A stretch of 64,000 bases of DNA from Podarcis muralis (GCF_964188315.1 NC_135664.1:5642001-5706000); one strand, 5' to 3'; counted from the stretch's first letter, positions 1-12,918 are shown. Notes: generated from the sequence alone by a model not told the origin. Numbers and translations: made by a program.

Positions 1-186
1 AATTATTATTCTACTGACATTAAAGGGGCATTTATCACTGGTTTAATTAAACTGACACTGATTAATTAAAATCAAAGTTGCTTTTGTTGTTACTCAAGAG
101 ACTCTTGAAGGAGATGCTTCAACCTGCACTCCTCATGCTTTAATATCTGTAGATGAGGGGTTCCTCCCTCAGTGTACTTTTGGCAG

Positions 187-457
187 AAAAGTAAAAAAGG
201 TAAAGATAAAGGACCCCTGACAGTTAAGTCCAGTTGCGAATGACTCTGGGGATGCGGTGTTCATCTCGCTTTACTGGCCGAGGGAGCCGACGTTTCTCCA
301 CAGACAGTTTTTCCGGGTCATGTGGCTAGCAGACCAAGGCGCTTCTGGTGAAACCAGAGCAGCGCACGGAAATGCTGTTTACCTTCCCGCCGGAGTGGTA
401 CCTATTTATCTACTTGCACTTTGACGTGCTTTCGAACTGCTAGGTTGGCAGGAGCTG
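187..457 (-). mobile_element. Sauria SINE, 5'-truncated (subfamily B)
   Basis: Reverse-strand (ACCTTT)-type tail aaaggtaaagataaaggacccc, followed by the Sauria SINE body (gagcagcgcacggaaatgctgtttaccttcccgccggagtggtacctatttatctacttgcac...gaactgctaggttggcaggagc); tRNA head missing. Confidence 0.9.
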
Positions 458-754
458 ATAGGTGTTCTCTATTGTGTGTCCCCATCTTTGGATCTTTAAA
501 ACTGCCACATCTGAGACTTTCTCCTGAAGGCATCTTCTTGTTTTAGAGAGTCAAGGGGAAGGAAGGAATACATTAAATCTTTGTTAATACTGTAATCAAG
601 GAGACAGGTTTTTTTTATCTTGGTTTCAGAATTCTCATGTCACTCAGGTTCTACCTATGAGACACCAGCCAGGTTCTTCCTTGACTTTCTAGGTGCAGTT
701 CTTTATTTCTAAACAGGAGTCACTAGGTTGCATCTTCTGATCTGGTGCAAAGGA

Positions 755-878
755 AGACCACTGGTGCATCTAGCTCAGCCCTGTTGACACTGACTGGCGG
801 CAACTGTCCAGGCTTTCAGAGTGGGGTCTTTCCAGGGATTGAACCTGGGAACGTCTGCATGTGAAGCAGATGCCCTTC
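755..878 (-). mobile_element. Degenerate tRNA-derived SINE fragment
   Basis: gggattgaacctgggaacgtctgcatgtgaagcagatgc is a reverse-strand tRNA-like B-box/head; a second decayed head-like stretch follows near 950-1010. Confidence 0.45.
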
Positions 879-1232
879 CTTGCCCGGCTATTTACCTTTT
901 AACTCCAAAACTCTTCTTTGAAATGGAGTAGGGTGCTTTACATAGTAGATGCCCAAGATTGAACCTGAGACCATCCAAATATGAAGCATTTACTGAAATG
1001 GTAACAGAGCTAAAGCCCCTCACCGGGAGTCTCAGGAGACCCAACGTCCTATGAAACTTTTCCTCTGGGGAGATCTGCCTGCCTTCCTGAAGTTGGGAAA
1101 ATTTGTTAAGATCTTCCTGTTCTAGTAATGTCTTTATATCTCTGGAGTTGTATTTTTTAAAATACGTGTATTGCACTGCTTGTTTAAGCTTGGTCCACTC
1201 TATCCAGTCCATTGTGGGTGAAGTGCATATGC

Positions 1233-1482
1233 CATGGGTAGGCAAACTAAGGCCCGGGGGCCGGATCTGCCCCATTCACCTTCTCAATCTGGCCTGCGGA
1301 CGGTCCAGGAATCAGCGTGTTTTTACATGAGTAGAATGTGTGCTTTTCTTTAAAACCCATCTCTGGGTTATTTGTGGGGCATAGGAATTAGTTTAATTTT
1401 TTATTCAAAATATTGTCTGGCCCTCCACAAGGTCTGAGGGACAGTGGACTGGCCCCCTGCTGAAAAAGTTTGCTGACCCCTG
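1233..1482. mobile_element. hAT (Charlie-like) MITE
   Basis: TIRs catgggtaggcaaact / agtttgctgacccctg; 8-bp TSD gcatatgc (1225-1232) / gcatatga (1483-1490). Confidence 0.85.
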
Positions 1483-1503
1483 GCATATGACATTACAGAT
1501 CCC

Positions 1504-2185
1504 TGTTTCACTTTGGCCTCTGTGGTATACGTAAGGCTGTTAATCAGGAAGGATTAAGCCTGAGCAAGCCTCTGTGTCTCCAGCCTGTCCTCTCACCACC
1601 CACAGCTTTTTCTTTTTCTTTTAACAAATTACATGGTTAGGCCGTTTTGATTTTCCCTAAAACGACTTCAGATAAATTCAAGAAGTGTTTCATAGTTTTA
1701 GTGACTTGAGAAAAAAGTAACAATTCCCTATTGACTCTTTCCTTATAGTTTCTAATTTTTAGAATTAGGCCTCCTCTTGCTCTTATTTTCCCTCCTCTTT
1801 CTCAGCCAAGTAACTCCATCCTTTTAAGGTGAGAAACTGCTGACTATTTGGGGATGTGCTCAACATCGGCTTGTTTCCTGTGATACTTCCTGTTTTGAAT
1901 CTCTCTCTCCCTCCCCCCCTCTTGCTCTCCCTCCTCTGAATTAGATGCCTATTCGGTGCTGGGCCTAGATCTTTTTTTCTTTTAATTGAACCAAGCCTTT
2001 TCTTTTAAAAGCACTGATTTAATCTGGCCCATATTGCTGCTGTTTCACTCTTGTCTTCTTTTGCTTGTTTGTTTTTAATAAAAAGACTCATACGTGAGCT
2101 GCTCTGAGAGCGTTTGGTCTTCTCTGGAATCCACAGGTGCTCCTCTTCATGCTTAATCCCAGGTGGAGTCCGTGTTTAGTGTACA
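1504..2185 (+). mobile_element. Possible solo LTR (unclassified)
   Basis: TG...CA bounded block with a pyrimidine-rich centre and AATAAA near 2078; no TSD found, so boundaries are uncertain. Confidence 0.3.
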
Positions 2186-2429
2186 TAGTACTATTACTCA
2201 TCTGTAGTATCAGATAAGCTGATTCACTTGGGGGCTCCTTCTGGAGTGAGACTCGAGGATTTCTAAGAAGAAGGTGTCAACAGTGTTTTTCACAGGGGAA
2301 CTGTTGTCTGGTTTGCTATAATTGGAAGCAGTAGCAAATGTAAGAAACTGTGTTATTGAGAAGAGAGGCAGAAGGACAAGAAATGTAACAGAGGATGGCC
2401 TGTAAGTTTTCAATATATGGAATGTAGAA

Positions 2430-2730
2430 AAACAGATATGTTGGATCAGAGCCAGAGGCCATTAGTCCAGCATCCTGTTTCCAGGGGTCATTGTCCAGAT
2501 GCTTCCAGGAAGCCTATTAAGGCAACAGCCCTTACCTGCCTTTGGCCTCCACACTCAGCAGCTGCTACTTGACGGTTCCATTTGGCTACAGTGGCCATTG
2601 GCAGACACATCTTTCATACATTTGGCCTGATCTCCTCTAAAAGCTAGTGGTCATAGACTCCTTGCTGCAAATTCCATATATGTTAATTATGCATAGAGTG
2701 AAAAAGTACTTTGTTTTATCTGTTCTAAGT
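2430..2730 (-). mobile_element. Decayed CR1 LINE 3' end
   Basis: ttggatcagagccagaggccattagtccagcatcctgtttcc and ttccatatatgttaattatgcatagagtgaaaaagtacttt resemble reverse-strand CR1 3' UTR and ORF2-end motifs. Confidence 0.55.
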
Positions 2731-3014
2731 CAGTGGGTGGGTGTGTGCGGAATTACCCAGTTCTAATGTTACTAGAAGGGGGGGGGAGAATATATATTCT
2801 TTGTGTGTGTTTCCAACATCATGCACAATGTTCCCCCTAAACCATAATTTTAAAAAACTAAATAGCATAAATACTTCAGCCTTGTCATTGTGTCATCATT
2901 TTGATTGTTACATCCTGTACCTGTTCCAACAACATGCCATCCTTTAAAAAGATGAGACAGTCTGAATTGCACACAATGGGTCACCAACCTTGTCCATCAG
3001 CTGGGGCTCTCCAG

Positions 3015-3098
3015 TGCAATCCTATGCATGCCTACTCAGAAATAAGTCCCATTGAGTTCAATGGGCTTTGTTCCCAGATAAGCATGTAGAAGATTGCA
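3015..3098. mobile_element. Short palindromic MITE (tgcaatcc...ggattgca family)
   Basis: Imperfect hairpin tgcaatcctatgcatgcctactcagaaataagtcccattgagttcaatggg...agattgca; related copies at 11428, 26876 and 43829. Confidence 0.6.
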
Positions 3099-3503
3099 GC
3101 CTCAGTGGGTGTTTGTATTGAGTTATCCAACATGGCCCCAATATTTATTTCCTGGGTACTAATAGCCAGTCCATGTAAAGTGAATGTATCTGTGTAGGGT
3201 TGTTGTTTTTTTGTCACTGTCTTACGTTAGGATTTAAATATACAATCTAGTTAATATTACAGGACAGTACTTTGTAAATTCTTGACGATTGCAAAAACCT
3301 CACGATCATGAGTTTGCTTAGTAGTATGTTAGGCTATAAAGAGTCATATTTGAAAATGGCAAAACCGAAACTATCAACTATTGTTGCCTGTTTACCATAA
3401 ACATGAGAGATCTGCAGCTAACAATAATAACCAGAGATCTGGCTGCAGCTATCCATTTGGCTGGTTATTTACAATTTCTCTCCCACATTCCAATTTGTAT
3501 CAC

Positions 3504-3581
3504 AGGAAACCCAGCCAGATGGGTGGGGTATAAATAAATCATCATAATCACCATCATTACTACTACTACTACTACTACTAT
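3504..3581 (+). mobile_element. L2-type 3' terminus with (CAT)/(TAC)n tail
   Basis: ggaaacccagccagatgggtggggtataaataaat followed by a trinucleotide tail, like the L2 ends elsewhere in the window. Confidence 0.55.
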
Positions 3582-3727
3582 TTGTGAAAACAAATTTTAT
3601 GTAGCACTTGCCTAAGGCATCTATAGCTTCTTAGTTGACAGCTTCATGTGAATTTTTTAATTTTTTATTTTTAAATGCACTTTCCAAACTCTGATTAAGA
3701 TGTTGCTTGTTTGCTAACTTGCATGTA

Positions 3728-3813
3728 GATTCCACCTTTCCTCCGAGGAGCTCAAGGTGCCTGTGTGCTTTCCTCATTTTCTCCTCACAACAACCCTGTG
3801 AGGTAGGTTAGGC
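3728..3813 (-). mobile_element. MIR/Ther1-derived (Squam3-like) SINE fragment
   Basis: CORE motif cctcacaacaaccctgtgaggtaggttaggc preceded by ttcctccgaggagctcaaggtg. Confidence 0.65.
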
Positions 3814-5192
3814 CCTTTCCCAGATGCTGCCATTGATTTTAAGAAAATACAAAGATTCAGCATTAATCATGCAATTCAGTTTGCAAATTGTCAGAAGGCA
3901 CTTAGTTCAAAAAGGTAATATGGAAATATGTAGTAAACAAAAGTAAGGTCAGGACTGGGGGGAGGGTACTATTGCGAGCTTATTTATACATTTCTTAACA
4001 ATAAGCAGAAAATTTGAAGCCTTGTCTTAAGCGTATGCACTGGTTTATATAGAGAGCATTTCGGGAGAGGGAGGATTGTCAACGTGGATTCAAATTGTGT
4101 GAGTCATCCTTTACATACTTAACAAAATGATTCTATTTTACAGGGCATCCTTGTTTTGTTCCCCTATGTATATCAAAGGCAGCAAAGTCTGACTCTAAAC
4201 CGTTGATTCCGACTACAGCTTGGGATGTGCAATATATATGCTGGATCATATTAAGAAATTGGGGGACAAATTTTCATTTTTTTGAGAACTGGTGTCAGAA
4301 CATTCTACTGCAAACAGTCAAAGGCTTAAAAAAAGATCTAGTGCCATAATTAAGAGTGACGATTCTGATGGTTTGGATAAGACATTAAGGTCTTAATCAT
4401 TAATAATAATAAAATCTCTATGTTGATTTTATGCTGCTCTTTTATAGGTAGGGTTATTTTTGGTATATTGTTTTTAGGATATTTTAATACTGATTCTTAA
4501 CACTGGTCTTGGAATTTATTCAGAGCGTAGGGTAGAAATACCTGTAATAAATAAATGAAATAGTACGAATTAATCAGCCTTATCCTTAAATTTGTTTCTG
4601 TTGCATATGAGAAATGCACTAACAACTCTGTTTTAAAGAAAGATATGATAAAGGGTTGTTGGTTTTTTTTGGGGGGGGGGGTTCTGAAAGGAAAGCCAAT
4701 AAAACCCACTCTTGGCAGCCTTATACAAAAGTACACTCACACCTCAAGACAGGATTTTTGTTTGGTTTTCAATGAACTCTACCTTATACCATTGCTAGGA
4801 GAGGACTGAAAGAAAGCTAAATACTCACCAATGTCATGCTTTTGCTTCTTTCGCCCCCCCCTTTTTTTTTTGAGAAGCAATCTTGTTCCTATTGCAGCAT
4901 CTTTCAGCTCATCAGCAAGCACAGTACAGACAGATGCCCTGTTTGTGATAGCATGAGTAGAAAGCAGCAGATGTTACAGTGGCAGACAGGATGGCAGCTG
5001 CTGTATCAGCACTGCATTTTCTCTGTCGCCTCCCGATGAGAACCCATCAAGCAACAGCAATTGCTCTCACAGTCGCTTCTTCTTATATAGCAGCTTATTA
5101 GTCCCGAATTGCCATAGTCTTTCCTACGGGCTTGTTGTATTTATGATATTACTAGATTCAATCTGTGGACAACTAAGCATTTTTAATACATA

Positions 5193-6132
5193 CAGGTATC
5201 CCCTCCACTTACATGCGTTCTACTCACTTGCGACCGCATATATGCACGGCACCATGAAATAATTAAATAAATAGAATTGTAGCAGGAAATGGTAGGAGAG
5301 AGCTGGAGAGTCCTCGTGACTTGTGAGTAGACCTTCCTTGGATCCCAAAGAGGACATCTGTGGGGGTGGAGGAAGCCCCAAAGAGACCTGAGGTGCAGCA
5401 CGGCTTTGTTTAGGCTGCTCAGCCTCCCCACCTAACAGCTGACACGTGGGGTAGTGCAGCAGCAGCAGCTTTCCCACACATCCTACAGCCTCCAGCTGGC
5501 CCCAGAGCTGCAACTCTAGTTGAAGAGAGAGTTCTGTGGAGAGAGAGCGGGAGAGAGTGCTGGAGAGCAGGGGGGAATGGGCATTTAGAGACCTTTTAAA
5601 GGGTGCTCCCCTGTTGGGTTGAAAATGAACGACAGACGAGTAGATAGGTGTCATACGGGAGGCGTCTCTCGAGCAAGCCTCGGAGACTCCCTTTTATTGA
5701 ATATTACTGCGTTTGCCACGTGTGCTTGTTGCTGATTGGTTAACATAAGTTCAGAACAAGGGTTGCATATAAGACATTAATTATTGCATATAAGACAATC
5801 ATAGACAGGTTAAAGGTTGGGAAAAGGAACGCGGAGTTTACACAGGCATGGGTTCAGACTGCCCGTACCAGAGTGGTACGAAAAAGGAATGTACAAGGAG
5901 GGGTAAGTACAGATTGATATGGTGTGATCTCAAGGTGAACAGAACGTACCAGGGTGATGAGGGAATGTCTTAGCATCAGCACGGTTTGTGCAGTGTGAGC
6001 AAAACAAAGCTTAGAAGCAAGACTTCCCATATGTGCAGAAGCAATGCTTTCCTTCACTCCCCATTTTATGTGATTTCACTTATGCATGTGGGGGCACGGG
6101 ATATAACCCCTCCGTAACTGGGGTGACACCTG
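5193..6132. mobile_element. Tc1/Mariner-type non-autonomous element, interrupted by a solo LTR
   Basis: TA-flanked at both ends; imperfect TIRs caggtatcccctccacttac / gtaactggggtgacacctg; body homologous to 60386-61209. Confidence 0.75.
5612..6056 (-). mobile_element. Solo LTR (445 bp) with 6-bp TSD
   Basis: TG...CA termini flanked by perfect ctcccc TSD (5606-5611, 6057-6062); reverse-strand AATAAA at 5693-5698 and CCAAT near 5735; 14-bp direct repeat ttgcatataagaca (5763, 5784). Confidence 0.8.
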
Positions 6133-6621
6133 TATAATTATGGTTGCAAATGGTCACTACAGATGTACCTGTGGATATATTTTTGGAATAGTGATAGTGC
6201 TGCAGCAGCATTTAAACTGAGATGATAGACAAGTGCCACGATTTCATGCATTGAATTCAGAAGTCAAGACATTGTTCTGAGCTCTGTGCTAGAAATGCAG
6301 AACCTGCATTCTTGGGGGTGATAGTTTTTCACAAAAGCATAACACGAGCCAAGAGTTGTATCCCTGGATTCCTTACAAAGTCACAGAGACATCTAGACTG
6401 TATTTATCATATCATTCATAGCCATCCCAGTCCAAGGATGGTGGTGAGCACTGAAAAAATCCCTTGGATTCACCTCCCAGGTTGTGTTTCGGGAACAAAA
6501 TGCTTTGAGCCAGCCCTGTAAGATGGAACATAACTGAAGAATGTAATGTTCTTCACATTTGTAGAGCGTGATAGCATTTTGATGAGCATACAATTAGGTG
6601 GGAAAGTTCACACATGCAATA

Positions 6622-7035
6622 TTGGATAGTAAGTTGTGAAAATGAGAGAACTGACATTCAGTGTCGTGGAAGAAAAGCATGCCGTATTGTATCTCTCCAC
6701 TCACACTGTTTTCTGTACAAAACTAGATTGGATGTTGGTGAACTAAAGAACGTCTTATGTATCACAAGTATAAATGTTTGTATCCCATTTAACATTTATT
6801 AAACGTACATTACCTTATAACAACCCTATAAAGTAGGTCCGTATTATGCCCCTGTTGCAGGTGGGATTATTTTAGCTTGACTAAGGTAAGGATACCTTCT
6901 GAGTTCATAGCAGAGGTATTATTGGTAGAAGCAACTGTGTAGTGCACAGTAGGATCTCTTATCCACAATGACACACTTACAGCTTAACCTGATCCTTTTG
7001 GTTTTGATAGCTATTTATGGGTTCGAATTTTCAGG
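6622..7035 (+). repeat. Left arm of ~410-bp inverted repeat
   Basis: Manually aligns to the reverse complement of 9931-10342; a sampled 60-bp block had 8 mismatches. Confidence 0.9.
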
Positions 7036-8000
7036 ATATTTTAAACCTACAAACCCTATGTGCAAGCTGCAAACCATTCATCAGAAAGAAATAGCATTCT
7101 TCTTGGTTTTTTTTACAGTTTAACATTAATCCGATAAGCTAAAATAATGGTGAGATTCTATACTATAACGTAGTTCATGGGATATGACCTAAGGGTCAAA
7201 GCAGTGGTGTTAGGGAACAGATCACCCCATCACAGATGTGCAGGTTATGACCTTATCTCCTCTGCAGAAGTCTCTCTTGGTCCTGTTGCACTGGTGTTTC
7301 CTTCTTGAACACTGGAGTGCTCTTGCTGGGCGAAAAGGATTCATTAAAAGCCCATTAGAGATGTATCCTGTGGGCCTCTTTGGCCCACAGGAATCCAAAT
7401 GGTGTGTTGGCAGCAGCTACAAACCAGGAAGGCAATAAGAGTACTTCCCATGCGTAGAGTCACTACTGCACAATAGTGAACGATTGTCAGGGGATGGGGA
7501 TGCTAATTGGTTGTCACTGCTGAAGCTGTCAAGTCCTAATCGGCACCCGGAGAGAGAACACTGGGAGACCCATGCTGTCTTTTCTGAAATTCCCAAAGGA
7601 GTGGGATAATAAGTATCCTAAATACATAACTTGTGGTGCAGTTCATTGTACTCGGGATGTATTTATTGTTCTAAACATTTACTTCTTAGTTAATTACTAA
7701 TAATATTGTGTTCTGTTAGATCCACATACACCTTTGCACTATGGGCACCTCCCCTGCTGGATATAGACAGAAATTATTTAGCTTATTTATGCATCCGTAT
7801 AATTATCTTATATGTGTACATTGCCCCAGATGGCCCTCTTGGAACCTATATAAGAAAAGGCCCCATGTGTTTTACTCTTCCCACTGAATGCATGGAACGG
7901 GACCATACAGTTCTACCTCTCGACCTGCATTAATTGTAATGAATGAAAATGCTTATATCCATAGCAGATCATAAACAAACAAGCTAGCTGGTTTAATATA

Positions 8001-8357
8001 AAAGGTAAAGGTACCCCTGCCCGTACGGGCCAGTCTTGACAGACTCTAGGGTTGTGCGCTCATCTCACTCTATAGGCCGAGAGCCAGCGCTGTCCGCAGA
8101 CACTTCCGGGTCACGTGGCCAGCGTGACATCGCTGCTCTGGTGAGCCAGCGCAGCACACGGAACGCCGTTTACCTTCCCGCTGGTAAGCGGTCCCTATTT
8201 ATCTACTTCCACCCGGGAGTGCTTTCGAACTGCTAGGTTGGCAGGCGCTGGGACTGAGCGACGCGAGCGCACCCCGCCGCGGGGATTCAAACCGCCAACC
8301 TTTCGATCGGCAAGTCCTAGGCACTGAGGCTTTTACCCACAGCGCCACCCGCGTCCC
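8001..8357 (-). mobile_element. Full-length Sauria SINE (subfamily A)
   Basis: Reverse tail aaaggtaaaggt, tRNA head ending cagcgccacccgcgtccc; 11-bp TSD ggtttaatata (7990-8000, 8358-8368); CpG-rich. Confidence 0.95.
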
Positions 8358-8669
8358 GGTTTAATATACATCTCTTCATAAAGTCAAGCAAGCAAACAAA
8401 GAAATATGGTAGAGAATATGTGGGGTCACATAGAAAATAGATGTCTAAAAACAAGTGTTCTTATCCATTGCTTTCAGATTTTAGAGCAAATATATCTGAT
8501 TTTATTTCTGGGTCTTCAGTAGTGTTGCTGCTGAAAAGGTTTTCAATATGTGGTTGCTAATGAGTTTCTACCACAATATAATAATTTATTGTGCAGGCAG
8601 ATGACCATCCAGCTTTAACATGCCTCAGAGCCAAAGATAATTAGTTTCTTTCACACTTCGTCTCATAAA

Positions 8670-8671
<2 letters not shown>

Positions 8672-8716
<45 letters not shown>

Positions 8717-8720
8717 GCAC
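8672..8720. repeat. (CT)n(AC)n compound microsatellite
   Basis: Read directly from the sequence. Confidence 0.95.
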
Positions 8721-9930
8721 AATAGAAGCCACACAAAGAACAGGTTTAGTGGGAAAGTATAGCTACCTAGGACAACCATAGGAAAGTGGACTGTGCACAA
8801 CTGTGTATGCCAAGAAACCATAGCCACCTGTTGAGGAACACCTGTGAGCTTAATGGCTGAGGATGAGCTTGGATATGGTTCCCACAAGCAAAACCAACAG
8901 TTGGCTTGTGATACCATGTAACAGCAGGTGCTAACATCTTCCACATAAAGTAGGCAAATACCCTGTTACATTAAAAATGATACCTTGTTGGTATACACAA
9001 TGAAGCTGGAAAGTTCAGTCATGCACAGACTGAATGCTTTGCTATACTACAATTCTACTAAAAGCCTTCATTTTCAAATAAGGAGATCATGCTCTTAATT
9101 AGAGAACTTTGTTTCTGGAGCATGTACAGCAGGTGCCTTTTTTGTAATACCTTCTGAAATAATGGATTAAGCATTAATTTTTTATCAGCAGGTCATTCAG
9201 AGTTTGTAGTTATCACATAGCAAAACTAAAGGCAGGAGTCATGTCTGTGATCAACTGAATTCTTTTTAAAATGTTAAAAACTTGATCCATGACAGCAGGT
9301 GGTAAATTAGCGGAATAGATTTGCCCACTGAAATTATAATTGTAGATATTTGGCTTTTTGATGCACTTCTTAAGTTATATTTTTTAATTTACAGTTTTTT
9401 TCTCCGGTTGTGTTTTTTCTTCCACTTACTGGTTACTGCTAATAAGCTGGGATGGAAATGGAAAGTGGCATTGCATACAAAATTTCGCCTTGAAACATAT
9501 TGAACAAGCTTATTTCAAAATAAAGTTTTAATCTGAAGATGTTTAAAGTTTCCATTCAGTACAAATTGTTATTTTCATATTTAAATTAGTTACATAAAGC
9601 TTTTTGACCATGAAATAATATTCCACACTTAATAGGAATATTTGAGACATGGTGGTAAAACAAAAGAGTGAGAGATCAACTTTAAGCAACAAACTATCAA
9701 ATAAGGAAAATCGTTTGTGAATCAGCATCACAATCATTCTGATCATGTTTTAAAGAACTGGTTATGGGTTTGGGAACACCCTGTGGTTTTGTTTGCTTTT
9801 GTTTTTAACTTTGAAAGACACTGCCATCTGAAGTAAAACAGAGGGCCTGTACTGTTGTGTCACCCCATTTTTGGACCTTCCTCTTGAGAGAGGCACCATT
9901 CCTACTTTCTTCTCTGCAGCAGGTGAAAAC

Positions 9931-10342
9931 CCGTAAAGTCAAACCCATAAATAGTTATCAAAACCAAAAGGATCAGGTTAAGCTGTAAGTGTGTCATTGT
10001 GGATAAGAGATCCTACTGTGCACCACACAGTTGCTTCTAGAAATAATACCTTGCTATGAACTCAGAAGATATCCTTGCCTTAGTCAAGCTAAAATAATTC
10101 AATCCCACCTGCAACAGGGGAATAATACTTTATAGGGTTGTTATTGGGTGATGTACTTTTAAATAAATATTAAATGGGTTGCAAACATTAGTTAAGCTTG
10201 TGAGACATGAAAAGTCTTTTAGTTCACCAACATCCAATCTAGTTGTGTACAGAGAACAGCGTTAGTGGGGAGATATACTATGGCATGCTTTTCTTTCACT
10301 ACACTGAATGTCAGATCTCTCATTTTTACAACTTGCTACCAA
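9931..10342 (-). repeat. Right arm of ~410-bp inverted repeat
   Basis: Reverse complement of 6622-7035, e.g. aggatcaggttaagctgtaagtgtgtcattgtggataagagatcctactgtgcac vs gtgcacagtaggatctcttatccacaatgacacacttacagcttaacctgatcct. Confidence 0.9.
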
Positions 10343-10855
10343 ATAAATAAACTGAGCTTGTTTATCTGTAGAGTAGGCAGGTATCTGCCCTAAAGGAAGG
10401 TAACTGGAAGCACTTTATTATGCAGGAAGTTCAAGGGATTTATTGAGCCCAATTGGTGTCATGGTGCCAAGGCTTAAAATCTACTTGGCTGCTTTTTCTA
10501 AGATAACATTATCATTTTGTTTCAAACTTTTCTCTATAGCTCAAGATGTTAATCTCTTACATCATGATTTCATTCAGATGATCCTTCAAAACATGGTTTG
10601 GATTATTGTTAGTGATTGTAATTCTCACACTCTCTATCTTCCTGTTTCCTCCTCATGCATGACACTTAATTCATTAAGTTGTTTAAATTATGAAACTAGG
10701 GACTTCTGTTACATGAGAAGCAGCAAACTGTGGTTTAAGCAGTATGTATGTCCAACATTAATGTACCATTGACAAGTTACCCTTGGACACTAATTTAAAA
10801 TGAAATCCTAGACAGGTTTACTTAGAAGTAAGTCTCATTTAATTTAATGGGGTGT

Positions 10856-10859
<4 letters not shown>

Positions 10860-10911
<52 letters not shown>
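10860..10911. repeat. (CT)n(TA)n compound microsatellite
   Basis: Read directly from the sequence. Confidence 0.95.
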
Positions 10912-11427
10912 TAATATGAAACAGTTTATTAAGAAATCACATGGATGTCCTGAAGTAAATGCTCACACAAGCACATAATCACCCCACATCTCTTGTTTTC
11001 TTATAAGTGAAAGCACTTTAATTAAGTCAGCCTATAATTTTGTCCATTTGGGAAAATATGGCCAGGACCTTTACATACATCAGACTATATATAAAAATGC
11101 TGTTTTATTGTGAGGAAAGTAAATACGTATAATAAATATGTAAAATGCACTTTGCCGCATATTGGTGAGATTGTGTTTATGTGTGCCTTAAAAAAAAACC
11201 ACCTGAAAATATACTGACATTTCAATTTCATCTGTACCATGTTAAAGATAAAAATATTTTTGTCCCCCCCCCCCAACAACTTTTTGGTGCTTTGGTTTTG
11301 AGTTCACACATGTATGCTAAGAGATCAGAGATTGCAGTTGTTATTTCCTCACTTCACTGACACACTCCCTTGAGACAGAAGAGGCAGCTCAGCTATTAGC
11401 CAACAAGTGATAGGTTGCAACAAACAG

Positions 11428-11505
11428 TGCATGCATGTCTACTCAGAAGTAAGCCCTGTTGAACATAATGGTGTTTTACTCCCAGGTAAGTTAGACATAG
11501 GATTA
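11428..11505. mobile_element. Short palindromic MITE (same family as 3015)
   Basis: tgcatgtctactcagaagtaagccc...ttactcccaggtaagttagacataggatt. Confidence 0.55.
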
Positions 11506-11563
11506 GATCCTAATTGACTCTAGTATCAAGTGATTCTTGTGTGCAATGAGAATTTTCAGATTA

Positions 11564-11822
11564 CCGTATTTTTTGCTCTATAAGACTCATTTTTTCCCTC
11601 CTAAAAAGTAAGGGGAAATGTGTGTGCGTCTTATGGAGCGAATGCAGGCTGTGCAGCTATCCCAGAAGCCAGAACAGCAAGAGGGATTGCTGCTTTCACT
11701 GCGCAGCGATCCCTATTGCTGTTCTGGCTTCTGAGATTCGGAATATTTTTTTTCTTGTTTTCCTCCTCCAAAAGCTAAGTGCGTCTTGTGGTCTGGTGTG
11801 TCTTATAGAGCGAAAAATACGG
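11564..11822. mobile_element. TcMar-Tc2-like MITE
   Basis: TA TSD at both ends; 23-bp TIR ccgtatttttYgctctataagac (1 mismatch); internal hairpin cagaagccagaacagcaagaggga...tccctattgctgttctggcttctg. Confidence 0.85.
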
Positions 11823-12757
11823 TAATTGCTGCCATATATACCTGTCATAGTCACAATACTTTTGAATGGAGTTAGGTGAGGTAGTATTCACTAATGAATA
11901 GTGGTACACTAGAGAAGTTGGCTATTAATTGATTAAGTGATAAATTATCAGGTAGCGTAAAGGGCCCACTCACTGATGAGCTGTCAGGTGATGAGATGCA
12001 TCTGTGGATCTATCCTGGCTCACTTAATAATCAACAGAGGTGTTCAGAAGTAAAAAGCTTCATCATTCCTACAGCTGAAGTATTGAGCTACATTTTATTG
12101 AACGTTACTTCATTAGATGTTGCCATTTGCTGCTTCTGCTCCAGAGTTCTGTATGTGATGTGATAGCTTCCCCGTTCTCTTCATGGTGGGAAATGGGGTG
12201 TAGGGCAGCTCCATCCATTCTTTTTTTGCACTGAATGTATGGTGAAGCCCTTTCCTCATGTGCTCTTGGGTACCTGGATTGGGGAAACTGTATATGGGTA
12301 CCACTCAAACCTATATCTGCACGTACTCAATTTTTATTTAAAGTTCATTAAATTTGTCGATAATTATGTCAGGCATCTAATTCCCTCCCAATCCAAACTA
12401 AATTGTCAGCCCATTTGTCCTCAACAGCAGGAAAGAGGGGGCATTTCCCCCCCAAGTGCCCAACAATTTCTCCTCTGTATAGTTTACCAAATAGGTTACA
12501 AACTGTGTATAACCTTCATCTGGGTGGATGAGCTGGGTGGAGATAATCTCAGGTGTGGTGTGGCGTAATCCCTTCATCTACTTTAAAGATAACTCAAATG
12601 GAACTTCATGGCCTCCTTGATAATTTATATATCATTGACCCCCCCCAATACATGTGACTGGACATATGTTTGACCTGTTGTTGTTTTTTGTCTTGTTTTC
12701 TCTTTGCCACCAAGCAGATTAGTACTATTTTGATGATGGGAGGCTTGTTGTGAGCCT

Positions 12758-12878
12758 ATTAATTAATTTTTATAATGAATGATTTTAGAATGTTGTTTAT
12801 GTTGTACTTTTGTACTGTTTTATTGTTGTTAGCCGCCCTGAGCCCGGCTTCGGCTGGGGAGGGCGGGATATAAATAAA

Positions 12879-12918
<40 letters not shown>
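12758..12918 (+). mobile_element. L2 LINE 3' end with (ATT)n tail
   Basis: Nearly identical to the reverse complement of the 3' end of the L2 at 50746-51648 (ttagccgccctgagcccggcttcggctggggagggcgggatataaataaaa). Confidence 0.85.
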
